Shown piece after piece: positions 12,697-31,560 of a stretch of DNA of 64,000 bases (within the stretch, counting starts at the first letter, position 1; the number at the start of each line of letters is the position of its first letter). Position numbers and translations under genes: made by a program. The notes below the pieces were generated by a model that was given only the letters and a program-made list of their open reading frames with translations, ran no database searches and was not told the DNA's origin. The stretch comes from Harriotta raleighana (taxonomy: Eukaryota), in the NCBI GenBank assembly GCA_050575255.1, contig JBNZDD010013610.1:1162366-1226365 (forward strand), in the 5' to 3' direction.

Positions 12697-13731
12697 ACTT
12701 TCAGCAAATCATTTTAACACAAAATGAGTGCAGATTGGGTGTAACTACATGACAGGTTGAGGAATGTAAAAGCAAACTCCCACACTGAAATGCCCATTTG
12801 CATTTGTTTCAGTCAAATGAAAAAGACCTAACATTCTCAGTCAGCGCAATAAATAAATTGGTCATTTCAATACAATGTTTGCGGGGACACTGCTGTGCGC
12901 AGTTGGCATCCGCATTTCGCCCACATATATACAGTAGTCAATTCATTTTACACTATTCACTATTCCCTGAAGAGCTTTGAGACATCTAGAAGATGTGAAA
13001 CGTCCTATATAATAGGATTATTTTTTGTATTATTATCAGCTAACAATCCACAGGGAGAATTATTAGCTGTGAAACAGGGAGGAAACACCATTCTCTTTGA
13101 ATAATAGGAAATAGGATATTGGTTTAACTTCACCTGAAAGACAGCACAGCAGACAACAGAACCACTACTTAGGTGAATGAATCCATATTCCTCTATGCGG
13201 ACACCAATGGAAGAAATCGTTGCACTTGAGGCAATTTGTTTCTCTCCCCACTCCACCTCCCCGCTTAATTCTCATTGGCTAATCTCACACCTGGCACACA
13301 AGGTCATTGGCTTCAGATAACATACTGGAACAGAAAGGACAATATTACACATTAGTACAACCACCAAATCAATGATTGTTCTACTAACAGAAATAAATTG
13401 AGTCAAGACAGCCACTTTAAATGAAAGTTCAGCATTTTATTCTGCAAGATGCCTACAACCTATGATCATTGGTTACTTTGATCAATTATGTTTCACCCCA
13501 CCCAAAAAATCCTGCAGTTTCATCACTTTACGGTGAAGCACTTTGAGATGTCTCAATGGTGTGATAAAACAGATCAACTACAAGGATTATTAATTATATG
13601 GTGTACACATTCAGGTTGTGGCTTCCTATCAATGTTACACAAGTGCACTCTAGTGGTAGGATTAAGTCTTGACATCTATTCCTCCCACGCCCTTCTGAAA
13701 ACAAACTCAAAACCAGTTATGATTTAAATTC

Positions 13732-13737
13732 TTTATT
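13732..13737 (-). terminator. Candidate CHMP1A polyadenylation signal
   Basis: AATAAA on minus strand at the end of a ~3.2-kb repeat-poor stretch after the CHMP1A stop; another candidate at 13436-13441. Confidence 0.4.
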
Positions 13738-16700
13738 TCAAAATATAAACATATTAAGCAAAACTTTGAACAGTCAACATCCACATTATTTTGCACGTGG
13801 AGTTAAATCAACCCACCCAAAACATTAATAAGAGTCCAAAAGAAGCAACACATCCTAATTTATTCAAATTGACCAATTACTGTACCAGATTTTTATTTCA
13901 ATTGAGAACGCTCTTTAATGAAGTACCAAGTTTATACTTCAAATAGAATGAGCAAAATTACAATTACAATACTTATTATAGTCACAGGACTGAAATAGAA
14001 GTTCTAAATATTCATTTGTTAAAAAAAACATTTTCCCACACCTTTGCAGCGTATTCAGATCTTCAGTGGTGCATTTCCTGGGATGGCTATTATCCCAAAG
14101 TAGCACAGCAAAAATCATTCAGCCACCATTAGACAAACCATTTGCAAGGCATTATTTGCACGACAGGATGTTTTGTGTTTAAGGCTTCTCATATCGGTCT
14201 GTTCTTCAGTTTTAAAGCAGCGCAAAGGCATCCAGAATTATTACGTGATTCATTTCCGCCTTAAAGGTTGTGAAACATCAATTATATTTTTGTTAAGAAT
14301 GTTTTGCTGATGGCAGCGATAACATTCTGGGATATTTGAGAAACCTGGCCTTTCTGCTTTCAAAATCTAAAACAGCTGTACATTTTGTGCTAAATTAGCC
14401 AAGGTTGAAAATCAATCTGCCGATAAGCACTCCATTGTGTATTATATTACCAGCGGTAATTAAATGATAAAATGAGCAGATCCACATTTTGGCGCTCAAG
14501 AATCCCAGACCTTGGTGTTGACAAGAGACAAAACCAAGTACAGTACTGATAATCTGAGCACTACAGCTTTTTGGGAGTGGGGCAGTTCAGCCAGGTATCT
14601 GAAACCTATCACCGTGCTTAAACATATCCAAATAGTTTCATGTATTTCCACCTAAAGAATGATGTTCCAGTGTTTGGAATAGAATGCTCACTCTTTCCTC
14701 CTAGGAGGACCTTATCCCTCCAGAGATTTGGTCTCAATTTGATCTCAAATATTATTTTAGTAGGCACAATGGGATGAATGTGTTTGTGTAGTGTGTGGTG
14801 GAGGCGGGGGGGGGGGTCGGATTGAAAGAGAGAGAACAGGTGGGGAGGCGCGCATTGTTCATTTGATTCTGAAGTATAAATTATTTTAAAAACGAAGATA
14901 CTTCTTTTACCAGATTCAGTTGCAGACATCATTTTGATTTTCTATTTGCGAGCAAAGTACTGTAAAGCACCTCATTTAACAATGTGACCAGCTGTGATGC
15001 ACAGAAATGATATGTTCACACATTACTATCACTTCAACCCATCAGGGAACCACATTCGATCTTTCCAATCCCAAAGATTGCACAGAATTGCAAGACACAA
15101 AGGAAAGTCCATTTAAAAAAAAAAGACTGCATCTCCATATATTAAAAACTAGAATGATACAAATACCAATAGTTGGGGTGAAGAAGCATTTTCAACATGA
15201 CAGGGACACCCTATTTATAAATTCTGAATTTATAATTCATAATCATTTCTAAAGTATTTCAAAAGAACTATTGCAAAACCTGAGGTGACTCCATGAATGC
15301 TGTTACATTGGGCACTCCCAGAGAAATAATGTGGAGATTCACAAACAAAAAAAAACAAGACCTACAGCCCCTTTAAGACCAAACTGCACATATTTCAGAA
15401 ATCAGAATACAACACAACAAATAGTTTACAAGCAAATAAATTGTCTAATGTAAATACTGGCATGTTCCAAGGTGAACACTGCCCCAGTCACCACAAAATA
15501 AAGTCAACTGCAATTCAGAGGGAGCTGCAAAGTGATCAATTTTATCACCGAAACACTGTCCTCTAGCACACAATCAGAATTAAGAAATGCAGGGCAGAAT
15601 TAGGAAAGTTCTTGTATATACAGTACTTCATATCTTAAGTCACTGTACAAATGTAGCTCATCAATTCCATGGCACTTACTGTGCTAAACATACAGCATTC
15701 CCGTTTGTGAAGCAGAACAAAGGTCAGTGGGAAAGCTGACTCATAAAAATAATAGTGCAGAAGCTTCATGTCAACTCGTGGGTGTTGTCAAACTCTGTTT
15801 CAATTGCAAGATACAAAGTATAGGAATAAATAATAGGAATCCAAACACTCTTGAAATCAATGGTGTTCAATTCAAACCATTTCTGGATGAAAAGTGCACC
15901 TGGATTTCTGCAGGATAAGATTAGTACTGAGATACATGTATTTACACAAAAGGCATTCAGAATCTTTTCCATCAATAAAGCTGCTAATTGTAGTCATTGC
16001 GACAAGAAGCCTGCACTGAAACTTCTCATCAAGAGTTGGAAAGGCAAAATCCTTAAAATATCGTGTTTTTTCAAGAGGGAAGCGGCACTTATAATTTGTT
16101 CCTCTCTTCTCTCCTTAAGGCGCCAACGTCAGTCAGGCTTGGCTAGAGTTGCACAGGCATTGACTTTGGCTATTTTGATAAATCGCAGAACCCGGATTCT
16201 ATCTTCACTTGATATCCCAATAAACTTCAAAAGTCAATTGATAGTGATCAACAGCAGAAACTCTGATCATTTCTATTCTTCCCTCCATTGACCAGAAGTG
16301 CTAAGGCGAATTCTAGAACCTCTACCACTTTTACAGCTGAGATCACCTTTTCAGAGCCCAGACCTAACCCCATCTACATTGGTGTACATTCATTCCAAAT
16401 ATTGTCTTAACCAACTGAACCATCTGATCCTACAATTTCACAAGCGAAAATAAAATGCAAACTGAAACTTTAAGTCATAACTGATCTTGTGCATTCTGAC
16501 AATGTCCAAGTCTAAGATATTCAACTCTTGTTGGTGGTCTCACTGTGGGGTTAAGGCTACAAGTTTGCAATTTGTATAGTACTTTCACTACAGACTAAGC
16601 TGAATTAAAAAACAAATATACATCAGGAGATCACATTAATTAAAAGATAGGGATCTGCCTGCTACAAAACAATCATTTTATTTACAACCCTATTACAACA

Positions 16701-16932
16701 GCTGGGATTTTAACACCTGCACATTCCTTAATAATGCTCCCTTTACAAAGAGCTTTCTGGTTGATACCAACTAATAAGGATAAAAAAATTGAAGCTGCTA
16801 ATCTAACTAACAGGTCAAAGTAAGTGTTTCTGATTGTATGCATTAAGTGTTGTGAGACCATTGTACAAGATATAGTACAGCGTGATGAAGTATTTTAGGA
16901 TGAGAATTGTAACCCTTCCTTCGAATGCATCT

Positions 16933-19900
16933 TCAGTTCCTCAGGGCAGCCAACCTGGAAAAGAACATTAAAGAGTCACCGTGGAGCAAGACAGGCTGAA
17001 AACTGGAAATTCATATTGGATGTTTTCGATTTTAAAATAAAGCTCCATCTACATTCAGATGATTGTGTCTTCTATTTACAAAACAATGGCGAGTTGTGCA
17101 TATTTGCCTATCAGTTTTTCTCTCCTCGCTTGAAACTCTTTGCTTTCCTTCTATAGGAAGTTCAGTTCTACAGTTGACAGGTTTGGTAGCTCACACAGGT
17201 AGCTATTTCGGAGTGAGTGTTGACAATAGCATCTGCAAGCTGATTTTCTCTCTATCTAAGGCTACTGAGACTTATCGCAACTCCCATAGTGCTGATCCAG
17301 ATATGACTAGCAAACTTGTACACAAGTTATTAAATGTGTGTACATTAGGGAAAAAGGCAAGCAATATCATGTCAATCCTGTTTTGCCTTGTCACAAATCA
17401 TGGATTTGATAGCTTTCTTCTCTGAGTTCACAAAACTAATACTTCCTGTGATCAATCAGCAAAGATGTTTTGCAGGAAATTATTGTTCGTGATTTTTAAT
17501 ACATCCCATTGATTCAACAGCTTCAGAATTGACTCTAGCAGTCAATTAGTTTTGATGGCTTTTGCAGCATCTTCTGAATTATTTTCCAGAATTTGAAGCA
17601 ACAGAAACATTTGAAAACAAATGTATTATACAGTAATTCCAAAAGGATGCTAGTGCCTTCACGCAGAAATATTCTGCCCCGATCTGTACAGCAATAACAT
17701 CATCATGAAAAACATGTACAAGTAAGTATTTCAGTTAATAGTCCCACCTCCGTGAAAGCTGGTCCTCCTTGTTCTGGGTACCAACAGAAGATTCTCCAAG
17801 AGAGGTCGCTCCAGCTGGCAGTTGGTTGAGCTGGTCCATGACCTCCAAACCATTTTCCTCAGCAATCTGCACAATTAGATTATCTACTTGCTCCTGAGGA
17901 GTGGTCAACGTTGTTGCTGAGCTCATCGAATCTTCCATTACCTGCAAAGGTGAAAGACAATTAATGTTGGCAGTGTAAACAGTACCATACAAAGAAAGAC
18001 AGGGAAAAACAATTGAGATAGTGGATCAAACATGATGGGATCTGAGATACACAAATACATATCCATTAACTAGGTAAAAAGGTGCATTCAATAAAGTACT
18101 TACCGAAGTGTGCACATCAAGGTTCTGAACCTGCTGCTCAAATTTGTCCATGACTGCAGATACCATCTGTAGGTCCATAGACTTCATCGCCCTTTCCAGT
18201 CCTTTTGTAACATGTCCCATTTGCTTTGTAACCTAAAAGTTTAAAAAAAATCCTTCATTCCACTTAAAAAGTAGTTCAGTGCTAGAAGCAACCAAGTAAT
18301 ATTGATTCAATGATAATCTCAAGCTCAACTAATTTCTACCCAATTAAAAGTGCGCATGGTTATGTTTGACATTTGCAGCCCTCGTCAATCAGAGGGTCAA
18401 CGCAACACATTGTGTAACACATCTAGAAAATGAACAAAGAGCCACACAGCCGTTCCATACCCCTTTCATTGTTGCTGCTGTCTGCACTTTCGAAGCAACT
18501 GCATCAATTCGAGAAGCCATCCGTAGCCAGTTCAAACCTTCATTTTTCTTTCTAATGGCATTCTCTGCATAAATCTTTGCTCCTTCAATGTTTTTCTGTT
18601 GAAGTGCCTGGAAACAAAAAAAAACAAGATGGTCACAATCTTGACAGAAAACCTGACCATCAGCTTTTCATAAGAAATTGCTCAAATAAAATCTATTACT
18701 GGCAACAAAATACACACAAAGAAAATAAGAAGTCAAACTCTGGCTCATGAAACCTGGACACATAATAGTGGAGTAAAACCAAAGTGAAAATAAAATTTGT
18801 CTGGACAGCATTAGATGCCAGTAATTATAACTAGATGTACACTTGTTAATTTGGATTTAAGAGCCACACTGCATTTGAATGTGTTCCAGCAAAAAAAAGC
18901 TTTATTCTGTTCATCACATCAAGCCTATTCCTTGCTGATCATTAGAGAAGAATTGAAATAGCTGCAAATTTGAAATGACAGAAAGCATTTACTAACCTTC
19001 TTCACTTTGGCTTGTTCACTTTTTGAGTCCTTTTCTGCCTTCTTGGACAGCTTCTCCAGCTGTTTTGATGTAAACTGTAGAAGATTGTGTTTCAAAATTA
19101 CAATGAATTAACTGCTCACAATCAATACAAAACCAAAAAGAAAAAATGAACTATTATCTTTTTCCACCAAATACTTTGTGGTTTGCTCTGAATTTTCTGC
19201 CTTAACACACCACTAAAGTGACACCTTCACCCAGTAAACTTCTGTAGCGAGTTAGTCATGTTAAAATACACACTACAACAAAATTACATTTGTAAAGCTC
19301 CTTTCACATCAGGAGGTCGCCCCAAGGCACTGAAGAGTAATGAAAGGGAAATACAGCCAACCCAAGGCTATGGTACAAACTGTCAAGATAGATATTAAAT
19401 TAAATAGATGACCCAACAGTTATGAATTGCAGACAGTCTCCCAAACAGAAAAACCACATCAAATTGATCAATTTCCCATAAACATAATGTATATTGACAA
19501 CATGTAAACCCATGCTTCTTCAAAAGAGTGTAAAGTGTATTTAATGTCTTTTCTATAGCATATTCCAGTGATACATAAATTTCCTGCATTAAATATATAA
19601 ATGTGGACAAATTTAGTTTTCAAAATTACAGCACAAAAAGTATAACATTTTGTACTTACCCGTAACTGAAACAAAGTATCTGTAAGAAAAATATAAACAG
19701 ATAGTTAGAAATATAAATGGGATGGAATTAAATGGATATAGGTTTGGTTTAGATAAGCTTCAACAACTTGAATTTATAGTGCACCCTTCACATAGCTTCA
19801 GTATGGAGCGCTTCAGTATGGAAGAGGGAGAAAGCTAAAGAGTGTTGGTGAGAGAAAAGGAGGTCAATTTGAGATAGTGAGAGTAAAAGTGATCTGAAAT

Positions 19901-21711
19901 ATAGGAGTGTCAAACTATAATAATAATAATCCTTGCATTTGATATGGTGTTGTTTCATTGCAATGTTTCAAAGTGGATTCCCTGTGTATTTTGCAGATGC
20001 AAGATACAGAATACTTACACAGAATATATATGGTTGAAATAGTGAAAATAGCTCACTTTATTGCTCTGTCTGGGACAGGTAACTGCTCATGCATAATAAA
20101 TGGCACTTCCTGCCCAATATACCCACATTGAAGTATCTAATGGACAAGACTGGTATAGGCGGTATACATAGGTCTAATCTTGTCATAATAACAATAATAT
20201 CCTTGTATCTGGCACAGCGCCTTTCATGTCTGGAAGACAAGGCAGCATTAACTGTAAAGTGGGAGTTACTGTGGCAAACATGTAAGTCAAACTCAGGCAC
20301 ATAAGCAACAGGATGGATGCCATGTCAAGCTCTCGTTACGACTCCAGCAGTTACCCCAACCCAGAATCCCCAAGCCTTGGATCTTGCCAACTTAAGCCTA
20401 ATACTCTCCGGAATTAGGTCAGCAGGATGCGTTCCTCCAGGGAGACTGCGCGTTCCATTCCAACAACCTATGGAGTCCTGCAGCTCAGTGGTTAGAGCAC
20501 TTGCCTTACAAGCGAGAGACCCGGGTTCAGTTCCAGGCAGGGCGAACACTTGAGCAAGTTTCTTTACTCCACACGCATAATAATAATTCCTCAAAAAATA
20601 ATAATTGGTCACTTAAATCCATGACTGTTTGTGGAACACTGGTGTGTGCAACTTGCTGCCGTATTTCTCCCGTATTTCTTCGAGACGTCTCACAGAATAT
20701 ACTGTAAAGTGAATTGACTGTGTTTTGTGGACGAGACATGTACAACAACCAAAATTTGCATTTATATAACGACTTTCAGGTATGGTAGGTGGGATACACG
20801 TAAATCCTGGTTTGCTTCAGATACCACTGACAGACACTGACAGATACGTCTTCTAGACGTCTCAAAGCGCTTCACAGAATATACTGCATAAGTGAATTGA
20901 CTGTATATTTGTGGGCAAAACGCGGTAGCCATTTGCACATAGCAGTGTCTCCACAAACAGTGGTGGATTGAAATGACCAATTTTATTTTTGCTTGAGAGA
21001 TTATTATTATGAGGCGCGTGTGTGAGTGTGTGGGGGGAGTAATGGACCTGCCGGGAATCGAACCCAGATCTCTCGCTTGTAAGATGAGTGCTCGAACCAC
21101 TGAGCTACAGGATTCCAATAACAATAACAATCCCTCCAAAAAATATGTTTGTTCAATCCATGACTGTTCATGGGGACACTGCTGCACGCAATTGGCAATC
21201 GCATTCCACCTGCAAAATATACAGTAGTCAATTCACTTTACAGTATATTCTGTTAAGCACTCTGACACGTCAATAGATGAAAGCGCTCTATTAAATGGAA
21301 GGATTATTATTTACAGTAATAGTTATGAAAAATTATGAACTGGGAGGGAATGAGGGGGGGATCTATAGCTGGTTTCTGCAGATGGGTTTCTGTATGTGTC
21401 AAGACATCTGGTTAACCCCAAAATATATATATATACATACATACATACATACTTATATATATATATATATATATGGGAGAGGCTGGGCCTGTGACCTGTG
21501 GCTGAGGTATGTGATGAGGGGCAGGGCAGGCCGGGAGGGGCCGGGGCCTGTGGCTGATGGATGAGGAAACAATCACAGGCGCCTCATACACACAAACACA
21601 CACACACACACACACACAGTGCAGGAACCTGACCCTCTAAACCTCTCCCTCCGCCCGCGGGGTGTCGCTGTGTATGTGTGTGAGAGAGAGACCCGGTCCC
21701 GTACCATCCAT
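16933..21711 (-). CDS. CHMP1A: Charged multivesicular body protein 1A (ESCRT-III), 7 coding exons, 198 aa
   Basis: Exons (minus) 21705-21711, 19660-19679, 18997-19074, 18461-18607, 18104-18232, 17748-17941, 16933-16954; all GT-AG; 597 nt. [97 protein letters not shown] (C-terminal MIM1 motif). The 7-nt and 20-nt first exons are typical of CHMP1A. Confidence 0.97.
20472..21312. mobile_element. Cluster of three Deu-core SINE copies in alternating orientation (CHMP1A intron 1)
   Basis: About 20472-20660 (+, head and core), 20845-21116 (-, head at 21116), 21117-21312 (+, body and tail). Confidence 0.8.
21588..21617. repeat. (CA)n microsatellite
   Basis: Near-perfect CA run; (TA)n/(TACA)n run also at about 21424-21473. 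Confidence 0.85.
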
Positions 21712-22052
21712 GGTCTCAGCGGGTCCCAGGTAATTCCCCAGCGTCGTCGCCGCTTTCGCCTGTCTGTACCTCAATTTCTTCCTGCAACAAGGAGTGAACA
21801 CTGCCTCCGGTACCGTCACTGTCACTCTCGCGATACCGCGCAGGGAGTCACATGACGAGGGTGGGTATATGTGTGTGAGGGAAGAGGCCGGCGTATAACC
21901 CCATCACGTGATACTCCCCTTTTTGTCAGTCACACCACCCTCTCCAACCCCCGCCCTGCCGATGACGTCGCCCACCGCGCAACAAATGCTCCTCCCACTC
22001 CCTGGCACAAGTGCCACAGGTCCAGCTGGTGACTGACTGACAGACAGACAGC
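21712..22052. promoter_or_regulatory. CpG-rich bidirectional promoter between CHMP1A and SPATA33-like gene
   Basis: Divergent ATGs 341 bp apart; motifs TCTCGCGATA (21826-21835), GTCACATGAC (21847-21856), ATCACGTGAT (21903-21912), TGACGTCG (21963-21970). Confidence 0.75.
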
Positions 22053-22656
22053 ATGGGAGCCTCCAACAGCAATCACCACAAACAGCCCAAAGGTAATGTT
22101 CTCTTAATACCAGTAGAGATAATAAGGTGCTTCTGTGTTATATATATATATGTTCTTTGTTAATATATATTTTTTTTAAATTCCACCTCCTCCCTGCACA
22201 CACCCACATCCTTTGTTGCATTCACTTTGAAATCTCTTTGAATTAATTCATCCCTTTTTACTTGATAACCACCATAATAATAATCATTATCCTTGGGTTT
22301 GCCTTATCGTAATCAAATGCCTTATTGTATTGTCATTCGAGACGTCTCAAAAGCGCTACACTATGAAGAAGATTGATTGTAATTTTCCAGCCAAAAATTT
22401 CAAATACATGTGTGAAGATTCGATTGCGGCCTGTTTTGTCGTCTGTAGGGTTTGCAATAAAAATGTTTTTTTTTAAATCTTTTCAGATCGCCACGCCTCG
22501 GTTGGAAAGGCATCAAAGAAAAATAAACTAGCAGTTCCTTCGATTGTGGTCACGTCTGCATCTGCTACTTCCAACGAGCAAATGGGTGCACGCCAAGATA
22601 AAAGCAATGAAGAATCAGCCCATGAAAAAACAAATCAGTCAAGAAGAGCCAACTAA
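22053..22656 (+). CDS. SPATA33: SPATA33-like microprotein, 2 exons, 69 aa
   Basis: Exons 22053-22092 (donor AG|gtaatg) and 22487-22656 (acceptor ttttcag); MGASNSNHHKQPKDRHASVGKASKKNKLAVPSIVVTSASATSNEQMGARQDKSNEESAHEKTNQSRRAN*. Basic patch + VPSIVVTSAS resembles mammalian SPATA33 VPQIIITRAS; position between CHMP1A and CDK10 is the SPATA33 locus. Confidence 0.8.
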
Positions 22657-23434
22657 ATGTTAATCCAAAATAACATTGTCAGTTTGTTCAGAAGACACGC
22701 TGAAATTATAAAGAAAGATTTTTTTTTCGCAGGCTGCAGAAGCAAATTATATCATCTAAAAATGTAGTTATACAAAAAGCAGCAGCAAGTTTCTTCAATT
22801 TGCCTTTCTGTGACTGAAAACCCATATGGTTGAATGTAATAAGTCCCTCACAGATCAATATTGAATTGGAAATGATTTTGTAATGTTGCTGATTCAATTG
22901 AGGTTGGGTGCAAAGAACCAGATTTTATTCTCAAGTTTATCAACCTCTGTTACATTACACAAAAGTGTTACTTGGACTTTATAACAAATTGCATTTAGAT
23001 AGCTTTCACCTTGGGAGAACATGAATAATGGGGTAGCCAGGGCAGGGGACACAAAGCCAGTGCCTGCTGAGAAGGGGTAGAGATGTGTGCTCGGGTTTTA
23101 GAAGGTCACAGTGGGGAAATATGGAGATTTCAAAATTTGTATGAGGATGTTGAACTCTATTCTCTGGGGATGGAGAACCAGGGGAGCTGGGAAAAATGAG
23201 TGACAATAACTTCATGTTTTCCTCACTGGGCTGTAAACGTTTTTACAGACTTCAGAATAAGATTTTCAGTGTTTTATGTAATAGGTCAATACAGTACCTA
23301 AAACTCTGTGGTAGATTTAAAACTGTGACATACTTGATGAACTGTCCTTTATACAAATGTTGTAATATATTCTAAAACATTAACTTAAGTAAAATTCAAC
23401 ACTACTAGGTTGATTTTTTTGTATATTATTTTAT

Positions 23435-23746
23435 GGAGTCCTGTAGCTCAGTGGTTAGAGCACTCGCCTTACAAGTGTGAGACCTGTGTTTCAAATCCAT
23501 GCAGGTCAGGGGGAAACCTTGGGTAAAGTTTCCTCACTCTGCATGCCTCATTACAATTGGTCCCAAAAAAACCTATAATAAATTGGTCCTTTCAATCCAC
23601 AACTGTGGGACACTGCTGTGCGTAACTCGCTGTAATGTTTTGCCCACATATACATACATATACAGTTAATTCTACCATATATTCTGTGAAGTGCTTTGAG
23701 ATGTCTAGAAGTCATGAAAAGTGCTATATCAAATGCAAGGATTATA
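23435..23746 (+). mobile_element. tRNA-headed Deu-core SINE, full length
   Basis: GGAGTCCTGTAGCTCAGTGGTTAGAGCACTCGCCTTACAAG head, core and GCTATATCAAATGCAAGGATT tail. Confidence 0.88.
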
Positions 23747-24167
23747 TATATATATATTTACATACAAAAATAACACAAAAAGATATATAGAAATAACCCA
23801 AGATAAATATTGCACACGCATATAACACGCATTGTTTCAAATCATTGTTTATTGAGGAAAATTATTGTGTGAAATGAACAAATTCATAAGCATTTGTAGA
23901 TGTTTTCCTTCAGTTAGGCTAACTACCCTTTTGTAACTTACAATTCCATAAAAACTGCATTATTGGAAAAACTACCTTTCTTAAATGAACCTACACATTG
24001 CAATCATCCACAGGCTAAGCACCAAAGCCACACACTCCCATCGAGGAAGTCAGTTGGTAGCAAACATGAACTTTGCTGCTTTCTCCCTTCCCCCTTGTTA
24101 ACACAGTAATGCAGGTAAACCAAATGCACACCATATAATACTAAGTTATATAGTACAGCATACTTGT

Positions 24168-24468
24168 GGAGTCTTGTAGCTCAGTGGTTAGAGCACTTGC
24201 CTTACAAAGAGTTCGATTCCAAGCAGGGCAAATCCTTGGCCCACTTCCTTACTCCACAAGCCTGATAATAATCCCTCAAGAAATAAACCAATAATAAATT
24301 GGTCATTTCAATCCACAGCTGATCATGGGACAATTCTGTGTGCAATTGGCTGCTGCAATGCACCCACAAAATATACAGTCAATTCACTTTACAGTAATAT
24401 TCTATGAAGCGCTTTGAGATGTTCAGAAGATGTGAAAAACGCTGCATCAAATGCAAAGGATTATTATT
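24168..24468 (+). mobile_element. tRNA-headed Deu-core SINE
   Basis: Same head/core/tail with a small deletion in the head. Confidence 0.85.
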
Positions 24469-24479
24469 GTTGTTGATCT

Positions 24480-24830
24480 TTTTGTTTGTTGCTGTTGTTG
24501 GTGCCCCCCCTGCCCCTTCCCCCCCCCTTTTCTTCTTCCCTCCCTCTCCCCCCTTCCCTCCGTCTTCCCCCTTTCTCCCTATTTCTACCTGGTTTTGCCC
24601 CCACCCACCTTTCCCTCCCTCTTCCCCCTTGCCCCACTTTCTCTCCCCTTTTTCCTGACTGTTTGTTGGGATACTGCTGTGCGCAATTTGGCTGCCGCGT
24701 CAATTTTTTCCTACTTTCTTTTCCCTGACCCCTCTCCCACTGCTCTGATCCCTACTTGACTGTACAGAGCCTTGGGACGTCCTCCTGACGTGAAAGGTCG
24801 TCACGTAAAATAAATGTAATTTTGATTGAT
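24480..24830 (+). mobile_element. Variant repeat: C-rich pyrimidine tract + Deu core + L2-type tail
   Basis: Related copy at about 36470-36760; tail CCTTGGGACGTCCTCCTGACGTGAAAGG matches L2 3' ends elsewhere in the window. Confidence 0.6.
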
Positions 24831-25025
24831 TGATTATTTCACACTGGAAAGATATCCCAAGGCGCTGGACAGTCAGGGGCTTTGGAAACCTTTGAAAAAA
24901 ACCTTATTTCATTTCAAAATCACAGAACCTATAGTTGGCCACTCTGCTACCCACAGTGTGTAACTGGTAATATACTGAGCTACCTTGGAGGGGGTGGGAG
25001 GCTATAACGTGTAATTCCTGTCCAC

Positions 25026-25039
25026 CCACCAGAGGGCGA
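25026..25039 (+). promoter_or_regulatory. CTCF-like motif upstream of CDK10 ATG
   Basis: CCACCAGAGGGCGA fits the CTCF core consensus CCASYAGRKGGCR. Confidence 0.55.
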
Positions 25040-25086
25040 CCATTAAGGCAACTTCGGGAGAGCGGCTGGTTGGCCACGGCGGCATC

Positions 25087-31560
<6,474 letters not shown>

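Noticed and set aside
15851-16291. 146-aa + strand ORF
   Set aside because: Non-ATG start, no recognisable domain, antisense to the probable CHMP1A 3' UTR.
23435-23510. tRNA-like sequences (A/B boxes, TAC anticodon loop) here and at many other sites
   Set aside because: Each is the head of a SINE followed by the Deu core and (ATT)n tail; acceptor stems are not intact, so they are not tRNA genes.
24404-24759. Pro/Phe-rich ORFs
   Set aside because: Low-complexity pyrimidine tract within a repeat.
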